Source: an uncultured Enterobacterales bacterium (GTDB lineage: Bacteria > Myxococcota_A > UBA796 > CAJQPC01). From it: DNA of 64,000 nucleotides. A model generated the notes under the pieces. It saw nothing but the letters and a program-made list of their open reading frames with translations, was not told the origin of the DNA and searched no databases. The position numbers were made by a program, and so were the translations under genes. The DNA lies in the NCBI GenBank assembly GCA_964604165.1, contig CAZRYF010000006.1, forward strand, positions 62,317 through 126,316, read 5' to 3'. Positions 1 through 7,668 of this stretch are shown here, one piece after another. Within the stretch, counting starts at the first letter, position 1. Each line of letters opens with the position of its first letter.

Positions 1-1274
1 AGCTCGATGCGCTGCTCCCAGGCAACAAATCGGCTGTCGATGCTGTACCGGTGGGCCTTTTGCACCTCGGCAAGGCCAATGGGGTGCCTCTCGGGTTTCT
101 TGAGCTTGATCTCGTAGAAGCGCCGGTAGGCTTCATCCGGCCAAATCTCCACCCGTGCCGTCAGCGCCACAGCCTCCTTGGAGCGCTTTGCGCTGTACTC
201 CAGTGCGTGGGACTCCCCGGGCATCAGGCGGGTATCAAAGCGCTCCACCTTTAAGTTCGGGGTGACATACCGGCCGATGGCATCGGTCTGGGTGGTGCCT
301 TCGATGGCGGATCCGCTGGCATTCAACTGTTCCATCACCAGGGTGACCTGCGGCGTGGAGTAGGTGGGAAACCGATGCCCCGTGCCCGTGTTTTCTACGC
401 GGAGCACGCCCACGAGGACACTGTCTCTCGTGTTGGCCTCCGCGCTGGCCGTGAAGCCGGACTTCACCATGTCCAAGTCATGAACCCCCTTGAAAAGGTG
501 GCGTCCCTCGGGCATGTGGCAGCTCTGGCAGGTGACGCCGTCCGCTGCGTAGTCCGTGCGCCTCCACTCCTCGTAGGTCTCCTGGAGCTTCTTGCTCTCC
601 AGGCCCTCCCCAGTCCGGAAGTCGTGGCATCCATAGCAGAACCGGGAGTCGTTGAACTCGTCCTTGGGCTCGAAGCCGTCGTGGGGTGCGCCAGCGATGG
701 GCTCGCCGTCCTTGGGAGGGCCAAACCTCTCATGGGCCCGCACGTGGCACCCCGCGCAGCTCAAGCCCTTGGCTCGCAGATCCGCATCAAAGTCTGGGTT
801 GGGGACGCCGTCCTCCAGGAAGGGCCACTGCTCCGCCAAGGGGGCATGGCACCGACTGCACTGGCGCGTCTTTTTGTCATTGGATCCGTCCCAGTCGACC
901 ATCTGCCCCAAGACACCTGGACCCATGCCAATGGCATGCCAGCTGTCCTTCCAGTCGGCGTACTGAGTGGGGTGGCAGGCTCCGCATTGCTCCGGATGAA
1001 GCGAGGCGGTGATTTCGGGCCAGTCCTCCGGGGGGGCTCCCTGGGCGGGTACTGGCACATCAAAATGTGCGTCCAGCCATTCGCTTTCTACAAAGGGGGT
1101 CTTCTCCTCGTACTCGGAGAGGGCAGCGGCATGCAGGTTCTTGGCCTCCGCGGGCAAGACCTCCCGCTCTTCCTTCTGATCGAAATTGCCCCAGCGCTTT
1201 GCCCCCACGACAGCAGCAATCACCACCATGAGTACAGCGATCTTCGGGAGAATGGAGTCTTCAGTCTGCGCCAT
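1..1274 (-). CDS. Multihaem c-type cytochrome, N-terminally membrane-anchored (start in window, 3' end runs off the left edge)
   Basis: This ORF is absent from the ORF track because no stop codon lies in the window. The reverse-strand frame from the ATG (complement of 1272-1274) is stop-free to position 1. It reads MAQTEDSILPKIAVLMVVIAAVVG (TM helix) and then carries five CxxCH haem motifs (CGACH, CSRCH, CAGCH, CYGCH, CQSCH). An AAGGTG Shine-Dalgarno-like sequence lies about 5 nt upstream. The listed + ORF 375..1310 is its antisense shadow. Confidence 0.8.
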   Translation of the reverse strand, partial: MAQTEDSILPKIAVLMVVIAAVVGAKRWGNFDQKEEREVLPAEAKNLHAAALSEYEEKTPFVESEWLDAHFDVPVPAQGAPPEDWPEITASLHPEQCGACHPTQYADWKDSWHAIGMGPGVLGQMVDWDGSNDKKTRQCSRCHAPLAEQWPFLEDGVPNPDFDADLRAKGLSCAGCHVRAHERFGPPKDGEPIAGAPHDGFEPKDEFNDSRFCYGCHDFRTGEGLESKKLQETYEEWRRTDYAADGVTCQSCHMPEGRHLFKGVHDLDMVKSGFTASAEANTRDSVLVGVLRVENTGTGHRFPTYSTPQVTLVMEQLNASGSAIEGTTQTDAIGRYVTPNLKVERFDTRLMPGESHALEYSAKRSKEAVALTARVEIWPDEAYRRFYEIKLKKPERHPIGLAEVQKAHRYSIDSRFVAWEQRIE

Positions 1275-1293
1275 ATCAACACCTTTAACGAAA

Positions 1294-1321
1294 GAAGCCC
1301 CCGGTCATGACCGGGGGCTTC
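1294..1321 (-). terminator. GC-rich perfect palindrome between the small peptide gene and the cytochrome gene; intrinsic terminator or attenuator-like hairpin
   Basis: The sequence GAAGCCCCCGGTCATGACCGGGGGCTTC is a perfect 28-nt palindrome with a 12-bp or longer stem. It lies 19 nt after the peptide stop and 19 nt before the cytochrome ATG. On the minus strand it is followed by TTTCGTT. Confidence 0.5.
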
Positions 1322-1340
1322 CATTCTATCGTTCGACTGA

Positions 1341-1538
1341 TCAGCCGCAGGCGTTGCAGGCGTCGCAGGCGTTGCAGGCGTCGCAAGCGTTGCAGGCGTT
1401 GCAAGCATCGCAAGCGTTGCAGGCGTCACATGCGTTGCATGCATCGTCAGCACCGGTGTCGTCGCCCGCGGGGCAGGCGGCGAGGGCCAGTGTAGAGGCA
1501 GCAGCTGCGATCAGGAAAAGGGCTTTGTTGTTGCTCAT
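1341..1538 (-). CDS. Small exported lipoprotein peptide with a (Cys-Asn/Asp-Ala) repeat; 11 Cys at strict 3-residue spacing
   Basis: The 65-aa product begins MSNNKALFLIAAAASTLALAAC, a signal peptide with lipobox L-A-A-C. It continues PAGDDTGADDA and then CNACDACNACDACNACNACDACNACDACNACG. Third codon positions are C-rich, as in the rest of the genome. Repeat copies differ mainly at wobble positions. A purine-rich stretch precedes the ATG. Confidence 0.6.
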   Translation of the reverse strand: MSNNKALFLIAAAASTLALAACPAGDDTGADDACNACDACNACDACNACNACDACNACDACNACG

Positions 1539-1748
1539 GAGTTTTCTCTCTTTCTTCTTGCGGTTTTGGACTCAGCCGGATCCAGCTGAGTCCGGGAATT
1601 CCCGGCCGAAAGTCCGGGAATGGGTTTGGAGTGTCTCCTCCGACCGGGAACCTAAGCTCCTCGTCCGGTTCGTGCCAGTGTAGCAGGGCAACTGGACTTG
1701 TCAATGGTGGGAACCCCCTTGGGGTGACTGGGACGCGGTATTCTTCCT

Positions 1749-3152
1749 ATGCCAATGACTTCTGATGTCGCCCAGCCCTTCCGAATCCCCCTGGCCAGGC
1801 CCATCTTTTGGTGGGTGCTGCTGGCCCAGTGCCTTCTGGGGGGGCTGGTATTCCTGGACTGGCGCCTTCCCCTGGTGGTCCTGTTGGGGGTGCTGGGGTT
1901 GGGGGTCGGCTTGCGTTGGCCCCTTGTGGCGGTGGGGGGGCTGATTGCGGGACGACTTCTGTCCACGGGCTCCATGTCCTGGCTTCGGATTGGCGGGCTG
2001 AACCTGGGGATCTTTGAGCCGCTCTTGGGGTTGGCACTCGTGGTGTGTGTGGGGCACGGCGTGTTGCGGAGGCGCTCCCTGTTTCCTCCCATTCCCTGGC
2101 GTGCGCCGTTGCTGGGCCTGTTTTTCTGGCAAGTGCTTGGTTTGGGGTGGGCCCACCGGCCGGGTGCGGGATTCCAGGAGATTGTGGCCGTTGGCGTCAT
2201 CTTGGTGAGTGCAACCATCATCGTCGTCTTCGTGCGTACCTGGGAAGATTTTCGACGCATGGCCCTGACTTGGGTTGTCGCTTCGGTCGGGGTGGCACTG
2301 ATCAGCGTGACCACGGATTTCGACCAGGTCGCCAGCGCCGGAAAGGTCTGGGAGATCGCAGCACAGGGGGGGCGCGAGACCGGCTTGGGACAGCAGCCGA
2401 ACTGGTTTGCCATGAATCTCATGTTCTCGGTGCTCTTGGCGTTTGCCCTTGCCCTGAACGAGAAGCGATGGGCGTTTCGGCTGTTTCTGGGGGGGTGTGG
2501 TGCAGCGATCTTTTTTGCCCAGTTGCGATCCGGGTCCCGGGGCGGGGCCTATGCAATCGTGATCGGTGGCGTTCTTGTGGCTTGCTCGCGCCCGGTCATA
2601 CGCAGATGGATGCTGCGCTTTGCCATCGTGGGGGTGGTGCTCTTTGGGGTCGGCGTCTTCTTGGGGGAGGACTCCACCCGAAAGGGCTTGATGCGGATTT
2701 GGCTGAACCTGGGCAATCTGTGGCGATCCGATGTGCGGGGGCGCAGCTGGTGGGTCTGCATCGAGATGTTCCAGAATACGTGGGGCATGGGCATTGGGCC
2801 GGGTAGTTTTGCGGTGCTTCTGGAGGAGTATGACTGGAAGCTGTTCAGCTCCATCCACCGGTATCCCCACGGAATCTTCTGGGGCGTGATGGCCCACTAT
2901 GGAGTCGTGGGTCTCTCTTTGGCTGTCTGGGGTGGTGTGGTGGTGTTTCGCATGGGGCGCGGGATCCTTGAGCGCACCCGGGGCACGGACGCCGAGGTTT
3001 TCGCCTGGGTGATGCCCGCCACAGTTGTGGGCTACGTGGCCTGGTCTTTCGTCGAGTTCAATTTCGACGACAAGCCTTTCTGGGAGTACCTGGCCTTGTA
3101 CACGGTGTTGGCTAGGGTTTCCCTGCCCGAAGAGGCAGAGGAGGTAGCGTGA
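1749..3152 (+). CDS. O-antigen ligase / Wzy_C family polytopic membrane protein
   Basis: The 467-aa product has about 10-12 hydrophobic segments. It carries the loop FFAQLRSGSRGGAYAI, typical of O-antigen ligase-like (Wzy_C) proteins. Its stop overlaps the next start (GTGA). Confidence 0.7.
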   Translation: MPMTSDVAQPFRIPLARPIFWWVLLAQCLLGGLVFLDWRLPLVVLLGVLGLGVGLRWPLVAVGGLIAGRLLSTGSMSWLRIGGLNLGIFEPLLGLALVVCVGHGVLRRRSLFPPIPWRAPLLGLFFWQVLGLGWAHRPGAGFQEIVAVGVILVSATIIVVFVRTWEDFRRMALTWVVASVGVALISVTTDFDQVASAGKVWEIAAQGGRETGLGQQPNWFAMNLMFSVLLAFALALNEKRWAFRLFLGGCGAAIFFAQLRSGSRGGAYAIVIGGVLVACSRPVIRRWMLRFAIVGVVLFGVGVFLGEDSTRKGLMRIWLNLGNLWRSDVRGRSWWVCIEMFQNTWGMGIGPGSFAVLLEEYDWKLFSSIHRYPHGIFWGVMAHYGVVGLSLAVWGGVVVFRMGRGILERTRGTDAEVFAWVMPATVVGYVAWSFVEFNFDDKPFWEYLALYTVLARVSLPEEAEEVA

Positions 3153-4216
3153 ATCCAACGGACCTCCTCTTGTGGGGCGTGGCCCTCGTCTTTTTTGGCG
3201 TGGCCTTCTCCTGCACGCTGCCTCGGCCCCCGGCTCTGGACTGGGAGCTCTACTTCAAGGTGGTGCTGGCGACCCTTCTTCGGGGTGAGGTGGAGTCCGA
3301 AGGCGGCAAGGCGGAAGACTGGTACGCCAAAGGGCGAAAGTGGATCTGGTTTCACCCCGCTGCCAGGAATCTGTCCCAGAAGATTGTCAGCCCGGCAGAT
3401 CTCGTGGTTCCCATTCCGGCCTTGGAGGGGGAGCTGGCGCTGGTGGCGGATCTGGCCGGGCTGGAGGGGCCGGCAGCGCGAATCCGACGGATCTTTGGCA
3501 CCGAGGGGCCGGACGATCTTCTCTACGATGACCCGGCCTGGCTGGGGGAAGCCTATGCGCCCTCCCAGCTCTTGGGGGCCGGACTGGACTGGGACCAGGT
3601 GGCCAGTTTTGGGGAGGAGCTTGTGGCCGCGTTGCACCGTCGCAGCGAGAGCGTGCACTGGGCCTTCGCGGGTGCTGCCCCGGCTTTGGAGGAGTCCATG
3701 AGGGCCTATCTGCCTCCCGACAAGGTCCATCACATGGATGGGGGTTCTGTGGAGGCCTTGGGGGAGAGGCTGGAGTCCGTGGTCCCCGGACGTTCGGATC
3801 GGCTGGTGGTGGTGGTGAGCGGTGAGGAAGCGCTGAAGACTACCCAGGCCATGCATGCTCGACCGGTTCTGCGGGACCGTGTTCTTGGTGTTGTGGGGGT
3901 CGGCGCCAAGCTGGGTGGGGACGGCAGCGCCTGGTTGGCCCAGTTCTTTGACCACGTGTCCATGGACACGGAGGTGGCACGGGCCACCTGTTGGTTTCAC
4001 CTGGCCTTTCTCGCGACCGAACTGGCCCCGCCAGGGGATGTGGCGTGTCCTCTGTCTGGAACCGCGTGGCCTGATCCACCGGTGCCCCAAAGCGGACGGG
4101 CTTCCATTGAAACTGTGGATCTTGGGGTCTTGCCGGGACCGGCGGGGGAGTACCCGGCGGCTCTCCTGGGAAGGGCGCTCCTGGTGACGGTGACGGCCCG
4201 TCTTGGCACCGGTTAG
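3149..4216 (+). CDS. Hypothetical protein with a single N-terminal TM helix
   Basis: The 355-aa ORF is coupled to the upstream gene by a 4-nt overlap. The N-terminus LLLWGVALVFFGVAF is hydrophobic. I recognised no motif. Confidence 0.5.
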   Translation: MNPTDLLLWGVALVFFGVAFSCTLPRPPALDWELYFKVVLATLLRGEVESEGGKAEDWYAKGRKWIWFHPAARNLSQKIVSPADLVVPIPALEGELALVADLAGLEGPAARIRRIFGTEGPDDLLYDDPAWLGEAYAPSQLLGAGLDWDQVASFGEELVAALHRRSESVHWAFAGAAPALEESMRAYLPPDKVHHMDGGSVEALGERLESVVPGRSDRLVVVVSGEEALKTTQAMHARPVLRDRVLGVVGVGAKLGGDGSAWLAQFFDHVSMDTEVARATCWFHLAFLATELAPPGDVACPLSGTAWPDPPVPQSGRASIETVDLGVLPGPAGEYPAALLGRALLVTVTARLGTG

Positions 4217-4236
4217 GCTCTGTTCCTGGAGAGGCC

Positions 4237-5082
4237 ATGCAATACGCCCTGCTTTGGATTCCGGCCCTGGTTGCTTGTGATGGCGGAGGGGTTGCCACCG
4301 ACCCTTCCCGCGTGATTGTGGAGATTACCTCCCCATCCGAGGGGGACCTCTTCCTGGAGGGGGAGGTCGTGTCACTGGAGGCAGACCTCACTGACCTGGA
4401 CGGAAACCCGGTGGAAGTGGATGGGGTCTCCTGGGAGATCTTCGGGGGGGACTGGAGCGCAGAGGGCAACCCGCTGGAGGTCACGGATCTCCCGGTCGGT
4501 GCCCTCGATTTGCAGGTTGTGGCGGACGTGGGAGGTAAGCCCGTGCGGGATACCGTGGGCATCCACGTTGCCTCGAACGATCCAGAGTCCGAGTGTGACG
4601 ATGGCCTGGACGATGATGGCGACGGTCTCGTGGACTGTGCCGATGAAGACTGCACAGGCGTGGTGGAGTGCACCTGGCCTGCCTCTCTCGCCCACACGGC
4701 GAGCATCGCCTACGAGGCCAGCTGGCAAGCCGAACTGGCGGGGTATTCCAGCTGTGCCGTGGCGTTCAACGGCACCCTGGACCGGGTACGGGATGACGGG
4801 GTGTGCGGCAATTGTGATCGCACCTTCGAGGGGGCCGTCACCTACACGGACACCTCCTGTGCCGAGACGCCGGGCGATCTTCCCACCACCATTCGGTACG
4901 GCATCATCTTTGCTTCCGAGAACGCCTGGACCCTCTGGTCCTCGGACGGCACTTCCTGGGGTGAATCGGGCACGGCAACCGGGGGGGCCGGAACCTACAC
5001 CCTCTCCCGCAGCGACCCCATCGAGGTGGATGGCAACGACGCGGGAGACCTCAACACCATCCTTTCTTTCACCGAGCTGTAG
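4237..5082 (+). CDS. Lipoprotein with a MopE-like Cys/Asp-rich putative metal-binding motif
   Basis: The signal with lipobox is MQYALLWIPALVAC. The motif CDDGLDDDGDGLVDCADEDC matches the myxobacterial putative metal-binding (MopE-like) repeat. Confidence 0.65.
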   Translation: MQYALLWIPALVACDGGGVATDPSRVIVEITSPSEGDLFLEGEVVSLEADLTDLDGNPVEVDGVSWEIFGGDWSAEGNPLEVTDLPVGALDLQVVADVGGKPVRDTVGIHVASNDPESECDDGLDDDGDGLVDCADEDCTGVVECTWPASLAHTASIAYEASWQAELAGYSSCAVAFNGTLDRVRDDGVCGNCDRTFEGAVTYTDTSCAETPGDLPTTIRYGIIFASENAWTLWSSDGTSWGESGTATGGAGTYTLSRSDPIEVDGNDAGDLNTILSFTEL

Positions 5083-5093
5083 ACCTGCTGGAC

Positions 5094-5600
5094 TTGCTGC
5101 TGGGGTTTGGCCGCGCTGGGCTGTTTGGCTTTGGCGGAGGCCCGGGGATGATTCCACTGCTTCAGGTGGAGTGCGTGGAGAAGGGCGGCTGGATCACGGA
5201 GAGTGAGTTTCTCGAGGTGCTGGCCATGAGCGCTGCCCTCCCGGGACCCCTGGCCCTCAAGGTGGCCGCCTTCGTGGGCCACAAGGAGGCGGGCATTGGG
5301 GGGGCCCTCGCGGCGCTGTTGGGGGTGGGGGCGCCAGCCCTGGTGCTCATGACCTTGTTGGCGAGCCTCTTCTTTCGGTACCGGTCCCACTCCGCCATGG
5401 AGGGCGCCCTGGGAGCGGTGCGCCCGGTGGTGGTGGGCATGCTGGCCTGGGTCGCGATCTCCCTGGTGCCCACAGGCATCACCTCCTGGGTGGGGGGTGC
5501 GATTGCGCTCACTGCCCTCGGAGCGCTTGCTCTTGGCGTGCACCCGGCTGTCGTCGTGGCGACCGCGCTGGGGGGAGGAGCCGTCTTTTTCAGGGGATAG
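5094..5600 (+). CDS. Chromate transporter (ChrA) family protein, short single-domain form
   Basis: GLFGFGGGPGMIPLL...ESEFLEVLAMSAALPGPLA is the ChrA-family signature. The true start may be an upstream CTG near 5085. Confidence 0.7.
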   Translation: MLLGFGRAGLFGFGGGPGMIPLLQVECVEKGGWITESEFLEVLAMSAALPGPLALKVAAFVGHKEAGIGGALAALLGVGAPALVLMTLLASLFFRYRSHSAMEGALGAVRPVVVGMLAWVAISLVPTGITSWVGGAIALTALGALALGVHPAVVVATALGGGAVFFRG

Positions 5601-7668
5601 GGGAAGGTACTGTCACCGAGAGTCCCTGTCGTACTGAGGCCTCGGAGATCTCCAACTCCAGCGGCTCGGCCCCCTCGATCTTCAAGAACGCCCGCTCCCG
5701 GCTCTGGATCTGGTCCGTGTCGCGGGTCCAAAGAGGGACCTGGAGGGTCCAACGGCCGGTTCCATCCGCCAAGACCTCCGCTCGCCAGGAGCGCCACTGG
5801 CCCATCCAGGAGATCGGCAGCAGGAACTCGACCCGGGCCCCGGGCGGTGCAGATCCCTGCAGGTTGGCTCCGGGAACCCGCTCGTACACCCACACCCCTG
5901 GAAGCTCGGTGGACACCATGCCATCCGGGTCGGGGGAGGCGTACACGGGTTTTAGGCCTGGAACTGCGGGAAGGCCCCCCCCGGCGCTGCCACCGAACAA
6001 GAGCCTCCCCAGGGGGCCGGGAACATCGTCCAGCTCGTCCGCGGAGACCAACAGGAAGCGATACCGGCCCTCATCGAGCAGGTCCAGCAGGTTCTCCACG
6101 GTGCCTGACCACATGGCTTCTGTGGCCCGGTACCGGGGAATGCCGCCTGCATAGGTTCCGAAATGTCCAATGGCGGAAGGGCGCTCTCCGAGAACGTTGA
6201 TCCAGTGCCCATGGCGCCAGGTCCCCAAGACGCCCCACTCCGGTGCGGTCTCATCCACCGGGTCTGTGGTGGCCAGCCACCGGTAGGCATCAAAGACCCA
6301 GGGAGACCGGTTTTCTCGGGCTTTGGGTGCCCACCAGGCCGCGTGGGCCTCGGCAGGACTTCGCAGAAAAAGGGCCACCGCACACAGCGGTGCCCAAGGG
6401 GTGATCCGGGCGAGGGAGGCTCCGATCACCACCCCCATCATCGGGGCCAGGGTCCACCCGAATCGGTTTTGGACCATCACGAGGGCCAGGCAACCGGCGG
6501 TGCCCCAGAGAAGAAGACGGGTGGGAGGGGAAGGCGCTGTGCGGGCCAGGTGGAACCCGCACACGGGAAGCAGCACGACCCCGAACCCAAGCAGGCGCAG
6601 GGAGCGCAGTCCTCCCTCCCGAACCCCCCCTTCCCACATGGGCTGCATTTCCGTCACCGTGGCGAGCCACGGATCGCCACGGGTCAGCCAGTCATCCAGC
6701 CCGGTTCTCGCCGCGTTGGCCAAGGCCATCGCCCCGACAAGAAGGACCAGGCCAATGCCCGCCTGGCGCTTCCAATCCGTCCCGGAGCGCCATGAGAGAA
6801 GCCAGCCCCCCCCCGCGGTCGCTCCCACCACCGCCAGGGGATGGAACAGGGAAAGGCGTGCATAGTCCAGAGGCTCTCCTGCCTGGAGGCCGGTGGCGGT
6901 CGCCACGGGCATGGCGAGGACGGCCCCAAGAGCGATCCCCGTGAGGCCGGTGCGGCCTGCATCTGTGGGACGAGGCAGCTGCGTGAGGGTCAGGGCCGCG
7001 GCCGCCAGGACTGCATAGAGAAAGCCCCCTACCCAGACCAGGCAGGCCCCCGCAGTCCAGAGGGCCACCCGGCGCCGACAGGGCCGCTTCGCCGCCAGGG
7101 CCAGGAGCAGGCCCGCCAGAAAGAGCCCCTCTGCCCCGCTGTGATCCGGCCGGCCCCACTGGGTGGCCGCCACATGTTGTGGGGCCAGGGCCGTCAGCAG
7201 CCCGGCGGCCAGGGCAGCCCTCTCCCCGAAGACGCGACGGGTTCCCCACAGCACCGTGGCCACCGTGAGCACGCCAATGACCAACGGAAAAAGCGCCAGC
7301 CCCACCTGAAAGCCCAGGCCCTCGGTTCCAAACCCACCCAGAATCCAGGCAAAGAGCGCCAACGCAGCATCCCAGCCTGGGGACCAGGGAAAGGGGGCGC
7401 CCTCGGGAAAGCCCAAGAACGGATCGTGCAGGGGAGGCCAGGGGAATCCCTCCACCCACGCAAGGGCGCGCCGCGTGTGCATGGCGGCATCCGCGTCCAC
7501 CGGGACCAGGTGGCCGTCGTGGAAATGGCTGCCAGGAGCGGACAGCCGCACCGCTGTTGCCAGCCCCAGCACGCCCGCTGCACCCACCGGCCAAGGAATA
7601 CCTGGGGTAGAGTCCGGGGTCTCCAGCATGTCTCGCGTCATCGACGATCCCCTGCTCTCCGTCGTCAT
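5590..7668 (-). CDS. AglB/STT3-like oligosaccharyltransferase-family membrane protein (GT-C) with a degenerate WWDxG motif
   Basis: The product is up to 692 aa. An N-terminal loop carries D-x-D (VPVDADAAMHTRR), and more than 10 TM segments follow. TWRHGHWINVLGERPSAIGHFGTY aligns by eye with the STT3 motif WWDYGYxI...R....T. The C-terminal soluble domain (VWVYERVPGANLQG...VSEASVRQGLSVTV) resembles the archaeal AglB tail. Alternative starts are at 7641 and 7629. Confidence 0.55.
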   Translation of the reverse strand: MTTESRGSSMTRDMLETPDSTPGIPWPVGAAGVLGLATAVRLSAPGSHFHDGHLVPVDADAAMHTRRALAWVEGFPWPPLHDPFLGFPEGAPFPWSPGWDAALALFAWILGGFGTEGLGFQVGLALFPLVIGVLTVATVLWGTRRVFGERAALAAGLLTALAPQHVAATQWGRPDHSGAEGLFLAGLLLALAAKRPCRRRVALWTAGACLVWVGGFLYAVLAAAALTLTQLPRPTDAGRTGLTGIALGAVLAMPVATATGLQAGEPLDYARLSLFHPLAVVGATAGGGWLLSWRSGTDWKRQAGIGLVLLVGAMALANAARTGLDDWLTRGDPWLATVTEMQPMWEGGVREGGLRSLRLLGFGVVLLPVCGFHLARTAPSPPTRLLLWGTAGCLALVMVQNRFGWTLAPMMGVVIGASLARITPWAPLCAVALFLRSPAEAHAAWWAPKARENRSPWVFDAYRWLATTDPVDETAPEWGVLGTWRHGHWINVLGERPSAIGHFGTYAGGIPRYRATEAMWSGTVENLLDLLDEGRYRFLLVSADELDDVPGPLGRLLFGGSAGGGLPAVPGLKPVYASPDPDGMVSTELPGVWVYERVPGANLQGSAPPGARVEFLLPISWMGQWRSWRAEVLADGTGRWTLQVPLWTRDTDQIQSRERAFLKIEGAEPLELEISEASVRQGLSVTVPSPIP

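Noticed and set aside
375-1310. A 311-aa + strand ORF, the largest listed at the left edge.
   Set aside because: Its V/L/G/A-rich composition has no motifs. It lies exactly antisense to a stop-free minus-strand frame with five CxxCH motifs, so it is treated as a shadow ORF.
1344-1439. A 9/18-bp tandem DNA repeat interpreted as a non-coding minisatellite or as + strand coding (QALQAS... or RRCRR... frames).
   Set aside because: Variation among the copies is concentrated at minus-strand wobble positions. Only the minus frame has a signal peptide, a lipobox, a start context and a defined stop. Minus-strand coding is therefore preferred, though it remains unproven.
1701-3158. A 485-aa minus-strand ORF covering the O-antigen-ligase-like gene.
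   Set aside because: It is P/R/H/G/Q-rich with no hydrophobic core or motifs. This is the typical antisense frame of a high-GC membrane-protein gene. The + strand product has a coherent polytopic topology.
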